Positions 38,414-47,137 of a DNA stretch of 64,000 nucleotides are shown here, one piece after another. Position 1 is the stretch's first letter. Each line of letters opens with the position of its first letter. Position numbers and translations under genes: made by a program. The stretch covers positions 2,947,215-3,011,214 of the forward strand of contig JAXGPZ010000001.1 of the NCBI GenBank assembly GCA_040766725.1, in the 5' to 3' direction. Source of the stretch: Anaerolineae bacterium (GTDB lineage: Bacteria; Chloroflexota; Anaerolineae; UBA1429). The notes beneath the pieces were generated by a model. The model had not been told where the DNA came from. It did no database searches and worked only from the letters and a program-made list of their open reading frames with translations.

Positions 38414-39202
38414 CTAGGCCATGCGCGCCACCCACACCTGCTCGCCGCCGGCGACAAAGGGCCCGCCCTCGAAATCGCCGTAGAGCGCCTCGACGGTGAA
38501 CCCACAGCGCGCCAGCAGATGCTCCATCTCGTGGCGGTAGATCCAGCGCAGGCGTAGATCGGTATAGGCCCGCGAGAGCACAAAGCCGTCGTCGCCCAGC
38601 TCGTCGTATAGCCAGCGCACATGCACCATCTGCGCCGCCAGGTCATAGTGCAGCGACTCCCAGACCACCACCTGATGCCCGTTATCAGGCCGGGTGAACT
38701 CGCCCGCATGGGTGAGCGCCTGGCCGATCTGACTGCTGCGTTCGACGATGATGCGCAGGTTGGGGTCGAACACGTTGAGCACCAGCCGGCCGCCCGGCGA
38801 CAGATGCCGGCCGATGGCCTGCAGCGCCGCCAGTTGGTCGTCCACCGTCAGGTTGTGCAAAAAGGCGCGGTAGGGGATGATCACCAGCGGAAAGCGCTGC
38901 CCCAGGTCGAACGAGCGCATATCGCCCTGCACCAGCGTGATCCGCTCACGCACCTCGACGGGCAGAGCAGGCAGCTTGGCCTCGAAACGGGCCAGCATCT
39001 GCGGCGACAGGTCGAGCCCCACCACCTGCGCGCCAGCCTCGGCGATGGCGATGGTGACACGGCCTGTGCCACAGGCCAGCTCGAGCACCGGCGACCCGGC
39101 CGCCTGTGCCTGCGCCACGTAAAAGGCCACATCGCCGGGCAGGCCCGTGCTGAACAGGTCATAGAAGCCGGGCCCCACGCCGGTGTAGTAATCTATTGCC
39201 AT
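38414..39202 (-). CDS. class I SAM-dependent methyltransferase
   Basis: 'VLELACGTGRVTIAIAEAGAQVVGLDLSPQM', 'LSPGGRLVLNV' motifs; ATG at 39202. Confidence 0.7.
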   Translation of the reverse strand: MAIDYYTGVGPGFYDLFSTGLPGDVAFYVAQAQAAGSPVLELACGTGRVTIAIAEAGAQVVGLDLSPQMLARFEAKLPALPVEVRERITLVQGDMRSFDLGQRFPLVIIPYRAFLHNLTVDDQLAALQAIGRHLSPGGRLVLNVFDPNLRIIVERSSQIGQALTHAGEFTRPDNGHQVVVWESLHYDLAAQMVHVRWLYDELGDDGFVLSRAYTDLRLRWIYRHEMEHLLARCGFTVEALYGDFEGGPFVAGGEQVWVARMA

Positions 39203-39284
39203 GGTCACACCTCCATTGCCAGGCTGCCGATGGGTCTGGCTCGATCGTCGCAGTGTAGCCCGCGGGACGTGGGTGGCGCAAGGC

Positions 39285-40580
39285 CTAGCGCGGCACGATG
39301 CGCAGGATGCGGTCGTCTTCAGCCGCCGGCCGGCCACGACCATCCCGGTTGCTGGTGGTGAGGTAGACGTATCCGTCTGGCCCCTGAGCCACATCGCGGA
39401 TGCGACCCAGCTCGCCCACGAATAGCCGCTCGACGGCCACCACGGTGACGCCATCGTCGGCCAACTCGACGCGCTGCAGATGCTGGCCGCGCAATGCTCC
39501 AAACAAGAGGCTGCCTCGCCAGGGGGCCAGCGCCTCGCCGTCATACACCAACAGGCCGGCGGGCGCCCAGGTGTCGTCGCCGCTGTGCAGCAGCGGGTCT
39601 AGATAGCCTGCCTCGCCCGGTGCGGCGGTGACCAGCGGCCAGCCATAGTTGCCTCTCGGCTCGATGCGGTTCAGCTCATCGCGACAGCAGAGGCTCTGCT
39701 CGCCGCTGGGGCCGTGTTCGGTGCTGTACAGTGCACCGGTGTTGACATCCCAGGCGAGCCCCTGCGGGTTGCGATGCCCCAGCGAGTAGACCGGCGAGCC
39801 TGGAAAAGGGTTGTCGACGGGCACCGTGCCATCGGGGTTCAGCCGCAGGATCTTGCCGGCCAGCGAGTCGGCTTCCTGGGCCAGAGCGGGCACGCGCGCA
39901 TCGCCTGTGGTGATATAGAGTTTGCCATCGGGGCCAAAGGCCAGCCGACCGCCATCGTGCACCTGCGCGCCGGGGATGCCCTCGAGCAGCACCTGCTCAG
40001 GGCCCAGGCCAGCGGCGGTCACCTCATAGCGGGCCACGCGGTTCCAGCTCGCTCCCCCTGCGCGGTAGGTGTAGACGGCATAGAGCAGGGCGTTGTGGTC
40101 GAAATCGGGGTCGAGGGCGATGCCGAGCAGCCCGCCCTCTCCTGCGTCGACCACCTCAAACGTGGCCAACGGCGCGGGCTGCAGCACGCCGTCGACGATC
40201 AACCGCAGCCTGCCGGGCCGTTCAGTGAAGAACAGGCGTCCGTCGGGCGCAAAGGCGAGCGACCAGGGCACCTCGAGGCCGGCGGCCACCGCCTCGATGC
40301 GCGGCGCAAAGGGCAGCGGAGTGGGCGTCGACTCCCGCTCGAACTCGGCAGCGCCGGCTGCGGGCTCAGCTGGCCGCGTAGGAGCCGTCGGCGCTGTCGA
40401 CGTCGCCGAATCGGTCGGGGCCATGGGGATGGTCGGCACGGCCTGAGTAGGCGTCGCATCGTGGGGCGTCGGGCGAGCAGTCGTAGGCGTCATCGCCCCC
40501 TCGGCCGCCGGCGTCGCAGACGGTGCACAGCCAGCCATCAAGAGGGCTAGAGTTAGCAGCAATAGGGCTAGGGCTTTCAT
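39285..40580 (-). CDS. PQQ-dependent sugar (glucose/sorbosone) dehydrogenase-like beta-propeller lipoprotein
   Basis: Lipobox 'LMAGC'; Thr/Pro linker; 'GGLLGIALDPDF', 'RYEV', 'GKLYITTGD', 'HRNPQGLAWD' sGDH family motifs. Confidence 0.7.
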   Translation of the reverse strand: MKALALLLLTLALLMAGCAPSATPAAEGAMTPTTARPTPHDATPTQAVPTIPMAPTDSATSTAPTAPTRPAEPAAGAAEFERESTPTPLPFAPRIEAVAAGLEVPWSLAFAPDGRLFFTERPGRLRLIVDGVLQPAPLATFEVVDAGEGGLLGIALDPDFDHNALLYAVYTYRAGGASWNRVARYEVTAAGLGPEQVLLEGIPGAQVHDGGRLAFGPDGKLYITTGDARVPALAQEADSLAGKILRLNPDGTVPVDNPFPGSPVYSLGHRNPQGLAWDVNTGALYSTEHGPSGEQSLCCRDELNRIEPRGNYGWPLVTAAPGEAGYLDPLLHSGDDTWAPAGLLVYDGEALAPWRGSLLFGALRGQHLQRVELADDGVTVVAVERLFVGELGRIRDVAQGPDGYVYLTTSNRDGRGRPAAEDDRILRIVPR

Positions 40581-40654
40581 CAGGGCCTCCGAAAGATGCA
40601 GACACCCTGATGATAGCAAATCTTGACCAATTCAGTCAAAAATGCCGTCTGCCC

Positions 40655-41704
40655 CTAGCGGTAAAAGACAAAGCTGGCGCCCACCAGATCAAAGAGCTCG
40701 CGGGCGAGCATCGCCTGCTCGCCGGCGCCAGGCGGCAGATGAGGCGCAAACACCACCCGATAGGCGCTGTCTTTGTGCACAAAGAACACCTGGCGCGTGG
40801 GCTCATCGCCCGGGACAGGCACCACCACCGCGGCCGGCTGCTCGGCAAAGGTCGTTTCGCTCCAGGCATCGGCCGGTATGTCGTCCATGCTCTCGGCCAG
40901 AGTGCGCTCTGCCCACTCGCGCGGGCTGAGCTCGGTGGCCGGGCCCAGGCTGTAGATGCGCACCTCGCCGATGAGCGGCACGGGCACGTCGCTGCGTTGG
41001 CGGGCCGTCACCAGCACCCCGACGCCGGTGTCGGTGGCCGTATAGTCCTCGGGATACAGGAAGCAATACGCCTCCTCGTCAGACTCAAAGCGGCCTTGCT
41101 TCTGTCCTTTGGCGGCGGTGGCGCACAGCAGATCGGGGTTGTGCGTTTCGAGCATGCCCAGCTTGAGGCTGAGCTGCCCGGCGACGCCGTTGACCGTCAC
41201 GGTATACTCGCCTACGTCGAGCATGCTGATGTCGAGGGGCGCCTCGAACTCGTAGGGTCTGACGGCGGCCTCACACACCTGCTCCAGGGAGTGTACCGCG
41301 TAGACGCCCACGGCCAGTCCTTGGGCCGTGCGGGTCTGCGTCACACGCCCCACCTCGCTGCAGTCGTCGTCGAACTCGCCCCGCACGACGAGGGTGACCG
41401 GCACCGGAAAGCCCTCGCCATAGACCACGTCGAACGACGCGACACGGGCTGGCGCGATCGCCATCGGCTCGGGCGTGGGCGCCGGCGTGGCGGGCGCTGC
41501 CGTAGGCGTGGATGCGTTGATGGTCGGCGCGGCCGTAGCCGTGGGGGCCGACGTCGCGGTGGGCTCGGGGACGATGGTGATCTGAATGAGTTGGGGCAGA
41601 GCGGGCCGCTCGGCCGCCTCACCGGTGGGCGCGGCGCCGGCACAGCCGCTCAGCGTCAGCAGCGCCAGCCCCACCAGGGCAACCCATATGTGCTGGCGGC
41701 TCAT
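40655..41704 (-). CDS. hypothetical lipoprotein with Thr/Pro/Ala linker
   Basis: Lipobox 'LTLSGC'; no recognisable family; ATG overlaps upstream ABC-F stop (ATGA). Confidence 0.55.
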   Translation of the reverse strand: MSRQHIWVALVGLALLTLSGCAGAAPTGEAAERPALPQLIQITIVPEPTATSAPTATAAPTINASTPTAAPATPAPTPEPMAIAPARVASFDVVYGEGFPVPVTLVVRGEFDDDCSEVGRVTQTRTAQGLAVGVYAVHSLEQVCEAAVRPYEFEAPLDISMLDVGEYTVTVNGVAGQLSLKLGMLETHNPDLLCATAAKGQKQGRFESDEEAYCFLYPEDYTATDTGVGVLVTARQRSDVPVPLIGEVRIYSLGPATELSPREWAERTLAESMDDIPADAWSETTFAEQPAAVVVPVPGDEPTRQVFFVHKDSAYRVVFAPHLPPGAGEQAMLARELFDLVGASFVFYR

Positions 41705-43356
41705 CGCCCCACCCCCTGACCTATGCGGGCAGATTCATAGTCGCTATAGCCGCCGATGAACTCGGTGAGACAGCCGCCATCCAGCTCAACCACGCGATCG
41801 GCCACACGGTCCAAAAAGTAGCGGTCGTGAGAGATCACCAGCACCGTCCCATTGAAATCTTCCAGGGCATCTTCGAGCACCTCGGCCGAGGCGATGTCCA
41901 GATTGTTGGTGGGCTCGTCGAGCAGCAGCAGGTTGGCCCCGCCGAGCATCAGCAAAGCCATCTGCAGGCGGCTGCGCTCGCCGCCCGACAGCGTGCGCAC
42001 CGGCGAGCGGGCCTGCTCATAGGTGAACATGAAACGGTTGAGGTGTGCCATGGCTGGCGACTCGGGCAGGTTGGCCTGTCGCGCCAGAGTGTCGAACAAC
42101 GTCAGATCCCCGTCGAGCGTCTCGTGCTGCTGGGCATAGTAGCCAGCCACCACGCTGGGCCCGATGTAGACCGTGCCAGCGCTCGGAGCCTCCTGGCCGC
42201 GGATGATGCGAAACAGCACCGACTTGCCGGCGCCGTTGGGCCCCACCAGCCCCACCCGCTCGCCATGCCACACCAGCAGGTTGACGCCTTCGAGCACGCG
42301 GTTCTCGCCCTCATCCGCCTCAAACGCCTTGGCGATGCCCTGCAGCTCGAGCACCTTGCTGCTGCCGCGCCAGCCTTCGAGCCGCAAGCCCATCCGTCGC
42401 CGCTCGAGGGTGGGCCGCTCGATGCGTTCGATCTTGTCGAGCCGCTTCATAATCGCCTGCCCGCGCCGCGAGAACTTGGCGTTGTCGTAGACCTTGCCCC
42501 ACATCATCAGGCGCTTGGCCGATTGCTCCAGGCGGGTGATCTCGCGCTGCTGCACCTGAAAGAGGGTCTGCTGTCGCAAGAGCGCCTGCTGCTTTTCGAC
42601 CACAAACTCGGAATAGTTGCCCCGGTAGCGCTTGAGGCGGCCATCCTCGAGGTCGACGATCTCGTCGGCCACCATATCGAGCAGGTAGCGGTCGTGCGAG
42701 ACCACCACCACGCCCCCCTTGAACCCGCGGATAAAGCGCTCGAGCATGGCCTTGCCGGCGAGGTCCAGGTGGTTGTCAGGCTCGTCGAGCAGCAAGAGGC
42801 CGGGCTGGCGGATCACCTGCCGGGCGATGCCGAGCAGCTTTTGCTGTCCGCCGCTGAGGGCAGGGGTGGGCAGCCCAAAGGTGGATTCGTCGAGCCCCAA
42901 CTCGATCAGCGTCGAGCGCACCCGCCCCTCATAGCTGGGGCCGCCGGCCTGTTCAAAGGCCACCAGCAGACGTTCCTGTTCGGCCAGGGCTCGCGTCAAG
43001 AGGCGCTCGTCGCTGTACACCGCCGGATCAGTCAGGCGACGCTCCACCTCGTGCAGGCGACGATCGAGCGTCGCCACCCTCTCGGAAGCGCCCAACGCCT
43101 CTTGCCACACGGTGTGCTGCGGGTCAAAGCGCGGCTCTTGGGCGAGATAGCCGATGGTGAGGCCACTGGCGATCACCCGCACGCCTTCGAGCGGCGTCAG
43201 CTCGCCGGCGATGAGGCGCAGCAGGGTCGACTTGCCGCTGCCGTTGGGCCCAACGAGCCCTACGACACGGTCGTCGTGCACCTCCCAGTTCAGGCCGCTA
43301 AAGATCGGCTGGGTCAGATAGGTGTAGCTGGCCTGCGCCAGGCTTGCGGCGATGAT
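41701..43356 (-). CDS. ABC-F family ATPase (tandem ABC cassettes, no TMD; translation-factor type) - start codon unresolved
   Basis: Two ABC cassettes: Walker A 'GPNGSGKST' and 'GPNGAGKSV', signature 'LSGGQQKLL' and 'LSGGERSRL', and an inter-domain linker. No ATG/GTG/TTG lies between the GGGAGG RBS at ~43370 and the first cassette; the listed ATG 43455 gives a Pro/Arg-rich extension. Confidence 0.7.
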   Translation of the reverse strand: MIAASLAQASYTYLTQPIFSGLNWEVHDDRVVGLVGPNGSGKSTLLRLIAGELTPLEGVRVIASGLTIGYLAQEPRFDPQHTVWQEALGASERVATLDRRLHEVERRLTDPAVYSDERLLTRALAEQERLLVAFEQAGGPSYEGRVRSTLIELGLDESTFGLPTPALSGGQQKLLGIARQVIRQPGLLLLDEPDNHLDLAGKAMLERFIRGFKGGVVVVSHDRYLLDMVADEIVDLEDGRLKRYRGNYSEFVVEKQQALLRQQTLFQVQQREITRLEQSAKRLMMWGKVYDNAKFSRRGQAIMKRLDKIERIERPTLERRRMGLRLEGWRGSSKVLELQGIAKAFEADEGENRVLEGVNLLVWHGERVGLVGPNGAGKSVLFRIIRGQEAPSAGTVYIGPSVVAGYYAQQHETLDGDLTLFDTLARQANLPESPAMAHLNRFMFTYEQARSPVRTLSGGERSRLQMALLMLGGANLLLLDEPTNNLDIASAEVLEDALEDFNGTVLVISHDRYFLDRVADRVVELDGGCLTEFIGGYSDYESARIGQGVGR

Positions 43357-43426
43357 GGTAGCACCTCCCGTTGCGCCCCCAGGCCCAGATGATAGCCGTG
43401 GACAAGATGGGCGCCAAAAGCGGGCG

Positions 43427-44515
43427 CTAGTACCGGTAGGCCACCTCGGCGGCATAGTCCAGATAGAGCTTGATGGCGGCCGGCGGCGTGTTCCAGGGGA
43501 TGTGGTTGCCGATGCACATCATATAGCCCGAGCACATGCGGCCCGTCTCCACCATGCGATCCACCATGGCGCGGATCTCGTCGGAGCGGTTGCCCATCAG
43601 CACGCGATTATCGCCCTCGCCCGCCAAAAAGGCGTTGGGGTAGCGCCGGGCCAGCGCTTTCCAGTCGGTGTAGGGCTCACTGATGATGCCACGGGCGCCA
43701 CAGGCCATCACGTCGTCGGCATAGGCGTCCATGTTGCCATCGGACATGAACAAGACCTCGATGCCCGCCTGCTCTAGGATGGCCCAGTACTCCTCATAGC
43801 GTGGAAACACGTACTTGTGCATCCAGCGGGGCGAGCAGACCGGACCGCGCGTGCAGACGATGTCGTCGTGGCACACGCAAAAGTTGATCGGCAGCCGGCT
43901 AAAGGCGCGGAAGACGCGCCGGTTGATCTCGGCGAACTCGTCCATGATGCGCTCAAAGCGGGCATCGAGACAGCAGCGCAGAAACATCTCCCAGCCAAAG
44001 GTGAGCAGCGGCCACATGAAGGTCGTGTTGTAAAAGCCCACCGTCGCCGCCTGGTCCTGGGGGGCGCGCTCCCACTCGGCGGGGTACAGGGCACGATAGT
44101 GTTGGTAGATGGCCTCTTCGGTGCGGAAGTCCAGATTCTCGACCACCTCGCCCTGGCGCCGGTCGGCGTTGGCCAGTGGGCTGTAGGCGAACACGTCCTC
44201 GGGGTCGAGAAAGCGCGACTGGCCGTGCTCGAATGTCCACGATTCACCATCGCCCCATCGTACGGTTTGCCGCTCGGGGTTGGCGCTGACGCCCACCAGG
44301 TCCATGGCAGGCCGCGCAATCGGGGCGTCGCTCACGGGGATGGGCAGGTCGAGCTGCGGATAGAGCTCGGCCAGCCGTTGGCGACAGAGGCGCGGGTGGG
44401 CGTAATAGTCGATGCCGGTCAGATAGGTCTCGGCATCGGGACAGGACCAGTGCTCCCAGTGCGCCAGGCGGCGCGGGCCGAGGCCCATAAAGCTCTGATA
44501 GCGCAGATCGGCCAT
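43427..44515 (-). CDS. uroporphyrinogen-decarboxylase (URO-D)-like fold protein (family assignment tentative)
   Basis: C-terminal half 'VLFMSDGNMDAYADDVMACGARGIISEP...FLAGEGDNRVLMGNRSDEIRAMVDRMVE' follows the URO-D/MtaA-like pattern. Confidence 0.4.
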   Translation of the reverse strand: MADLRYQSFMGLGPRRLAHWEHWSCPDAETYLTGIDYYAHPRLCRQRLAELYPQLDLPIPVSDAPIARPAMDLVGVSANPERQTVRWGDGESWTFEHGQSRFLDPEDVFAYSPLANADRRQGEVVENLDFRTEEAIYQHYRALYPAEWERAPQDQAATVGFYNTTFMWPLLTFGWEMFLRCCLDARFERIMDEFAEINRRVFRAFSRLPINFCVCHDDIVCTRGPVCSPRWMHKYVFPRYEEYWAILEQAGIEVLFMSDGNMDAYADDVMACGARGIISEPYTDWKALARRYPNAFLAGEGDNRVLMGNRSDEIRAMVDRMVETGRMCSGYMMCIGNHIPWNTPPAAIKLYLDYAAEVAYRY

Positions 44516-44657
44516 GCTCCCTCCAGTCTGAGCGAGAGTGTAGCCCAGAGGCCGTTGCCGTTCAACCTGAGGGGCCCTCTCGTTGACGGTGGCCGCGCTC
44601 CCGTGCTATAACCACGTCAAAGCGGAAGGGCCGCTCAGCACGCGAGAGGAGCATGCC

Positions 44658-45305
44658 ATGAAGAGGGCGTTGATCGTACAGGGGGGCTGGCAGGGGCATG
44701 AGCCCAAGCAGGTGTCGTGCATTCTGGCCGGGGCGTTGACACGCAACGGCTTTGAGGTGGTCATGTCAGACACCCTCGACAGCTTTCAAGATGTCGAGTA
44801 TCTGCGTACCTTTGACCTGCTGGTGCCCGAGTGGACCATGGGCAAGATCACGAATGCCCAGCTCAAGGGGCTGCTCGACGCCATCAAGGGCGGCATCGGC
44901 GTGGCCGGGTTGCACGGCGGCCTGGGCGATTCTTTCCGCGAGGCCACCGACTATCAGTTCATGGTGGGCGGCCAGTGGGTGGCTCATCCGGGCAACGACG
45001 GCATCACCTACGAGGTCAACATCTGCGACATCGACGACCCGCTCGTCGAGGGCCTGCACGACATGACCATCGTCTCTGAGCAGTATTATATGCACGTGGA
45101 CCCCAGCAACCGCGTGCTGATGACCACCACCTTCCACACCGAGAACGGCGACGTGGTCATGCCAGTGGCCTGGAAGCGCTCCTATGGCGAGGGCCGCGTC
45201 TTTTACTGCTCGCTGGGCCACGTGGCGCAGGTGTTCGACCAGGATCCACAGGTGATCGAGATCATGGCGCGCGGCATGCTGTGGGCCGCACGCGTCACCG
45301 ACTAG
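44658..45305 (+). CDS. ThuA-like (trehalose-utilisation, class-I glutamine amidotransferase-like) protein
   Basis: 'ALIVQGGWQGHEP', 'GGIGVAGLHGG', 'VAWKRSYGEGRVFYCSLGH' ThuA family pattern. Confidence 0.6.
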   Translation: MKRALIVQGGWQGHEPKQVSCILAGALTRNGFEVVMSDTLDSFQDVEYLRTFDLLVPEWTMGKITNAQLKGLLDAIKGGIGVAGLHGGLGDSFREATDYQFMVGGQWVAHPGNDGITYEVNICDIDDPLVEGLHDMTIVSEQYYMHVDPSNRVLMTTTFHTENGDVVMPVAWKRSYGEGRVFYCSLGHVAQVFDQDPQVIEIMARGMLWAARVTD

Positions 45306-45417
45306 CCGTCAGACAGAGTCAAAGCCTTGCCCGGCTCGACCCTTCTCAGGTGGAGCCGGGCAGGCCTCTGAGCGTTCAGGTTGCCTCTGGGGCCCGGCAG
45401 AGCCGTCGTGTTCGCCT

Positions 45418-46995
45418 CTAGAGCCGTCCCTGCATCCGCCGCCGCAAACGCGCGATCTCCTCGGCCGTCAGCCGCTCGCCATGGGCCTGCAGCCACTCCT
45501 CGAGCGATCCACGCGGTGACCTAAAGTTACGCTGGTCTGGCTGGGCGGGCACCACATCGCAGGTCTCCAGGTACCAGCGCAACATGCGCTGCTGCAGCGC
45601 CGCTTTGACCTCGGCCAGAGTGGGGTCGTCGATGCGGTTGTGGAGCTCGCCCGGGTCGGCCTCGAGCTCATACAGCTCGTCCTGCTCATAGAGCCGCTGC
45701 ACGTACTTGAACCGCTCGGTGCGGCACATGGCCGCCTTGGTATGCTCGGGGCCGTCGCCCGCCTGCCACACCAGGCGCGGCCAGTAAAAGTCGCTGGGCT
45801 CTTGGCCCGTAAACGACTCGAGCTCCATGGCCTGCTCCTCGCCGGCCAGCCGGCCGCCCTCGCAGAAGACCGCGTCGCGGTGCACGTCGCTCTCACCGGC
45901 GATGACCGGCAGCAGCGAACGGCCGAAATGTGTGTGCTGCGGGCGAAAACCCGCCAGATCCTCAACAGTGGCGGGGAAATCGATCAGTTCGACCAGCGCA
46001 TGGCGCACGCCGGGCTGGCAGGGCACGCCCTTGGGCGGCTTGATGATGAACGGCACCCGCGAGAGACAGTCCTCAAAGGTGTTCTGCGTCTTTTCCACCA
46101 GCCCATAGTCACCGGTGAAATCGCCATGGTCGGAAAAGAGAAAGATAGCCGTGTCGTCATAGATGCCCTTGTCGCGCAGGGCCTGCAGAATCAAGCCGAA
46201 CTGGTGATCGACGCGCGAACACATGCCATAGTAGGTGGCGCGCAGCTCGTCCCAGGTCTCCTCGGGCAGGCCCATCAGGTGCTGCTTCTCATGGATACCC
46301 TTGAGGATGCTGGGCTTGCCCGTCCAGTCATCGGGCGCCGGGATGCGCGGCGGCAGCTTGGCACGATCGGTGATGCTGAACCAGGGCTCTTCGACGGCAT
46401 ACGGCGGATGGGGATAGGTCAATGGCAGGTAGATGCACAACGGCCGATCGTCGGGCGCGTTCGCGATCATCTCCACAGCGCCCAGCACGTGCGCCCAGTC
46501 GCCGTCATAGTAGGGCTCTTCTTCCTCGGTCTCGAGCCTGCCCCGCAGGAAAGAGTAATACCGTGACCCCTGAGGATCGCCGCGCCATTCGTTGGCGCGA
46601 TGCACCTCCCAGGGCGGGCGCGGACGCCGCTCGGCCACATGGTACACGTCGCAGAAGGCGTCTGGCCCGTCTTGCCCGGGCACCAGGTCGTTCTTGCCGC
46701 CCCACCAGACCAGGTAGCCTTCCTCTTTGAGCGTGCGCAAGAGCACCGGCTCGTCGGGGTGCATCATGTGGAACATGGTGCGGTGCCCGCGCACATGTGG
46801 GTACCACCCCGACATGAAGGAGCAGCGGCTGGGCGTGCAGACCGTGTTCTGGCAGAAGGCGTTGCTGAACGAGACGGCCTCGTTCTCGACCCAGCGGTCG
46901 AGCACCGGCGTGTAGGCGGCAGGGTTGCCCATGTGGCCCATCACGTCGCTGCGCCACTGATCGGGGTTGAAAATGACGATGTGCGGTCTCTTCAT
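45418..46995 (-). CDS. sulfatase (formylglycine-dependent arylsulfatase family)
   Basis: 'NAFCQNTVCTPSRCSFMSGWYPHVRG' = C-x-P-x-R FGly motif; 'LFSDHGD'. Confidence 0.85.
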   Translation of the reverse strand: MKRPHIVIFNPDQWRSDVMGHMGNPAAYTPVLDRWVENEAVSFSNAFCQNTVCTPSRCSFMSGWYPHVRGHRTMFHMMHPDEPVLLRTLKEEGYLVWWGGKNDLVPGQDGPDAFCDVYHVAERRPRPPWEVHRANEWRGDPQGSRYYSFLRGRLETEEEEPYYDGDWAHVLGAVEMIANAPDDRPLCIYLPLTYPHPPYAVEEPWFSITDRAKLPPRIPAPDDWTGKPSILKGIHEKQHLMGLPEETWDELRATYYGMCSRVDHQFGLILQALRDKGIYDDTAIFLFSDHGDFTGDYGLVEKTQNTFEDCLSRVPFIIKPPKGVPCQPGVRHALVELIDFPATVEDLAGFRPQHTHFGRSLLPVIAGESDVHRDAVFCEGGRLAGEEQAMELESFTGQEPSDFYWPRLVWQAGDGPEHTKAAMCRTERFKYVQRLYEQDELYELEADPGELHNRIDDPTLAEVKAALQQRMLRWYLETCDVVPAQPDQRNFRSPRGSLEEWLQAHGERLTAEEIARLRRRMQGRL

Positions 46996-47137
46996 GCTGC
47001 TCTCCTGGCCAGGGTTCCTGTGGGTTTGACCGGCACGAGCATAGCATGCCGACCCCGTCAGAGCCAGCGTCCTTTCGCAAGTGCGGCGGGGCGGCTATAC
47101 TGAGCTCGGCAAGCTGAAACGCGAGTGAGGTCGAGCG

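Noticed and set aside
37126-38709. 527-aa ORF suggesting a long N-terminal extension on the MFS transporter
   Set aside because: The extension (38284-38709) is an alternative frame of the neighbouring methyltransferase gene. MFS TM1 begins right after ATG 38283.
45321-45364. Inverted repeat (cttgcccggctc / gagccgggcagg) between convergent ThuA and sulfatase genes as a terminator
   Set aside because: Imperfect 12-bp stem with a 15-nt loop and no T-tract; at best a weak structure, so not listed as a feature.
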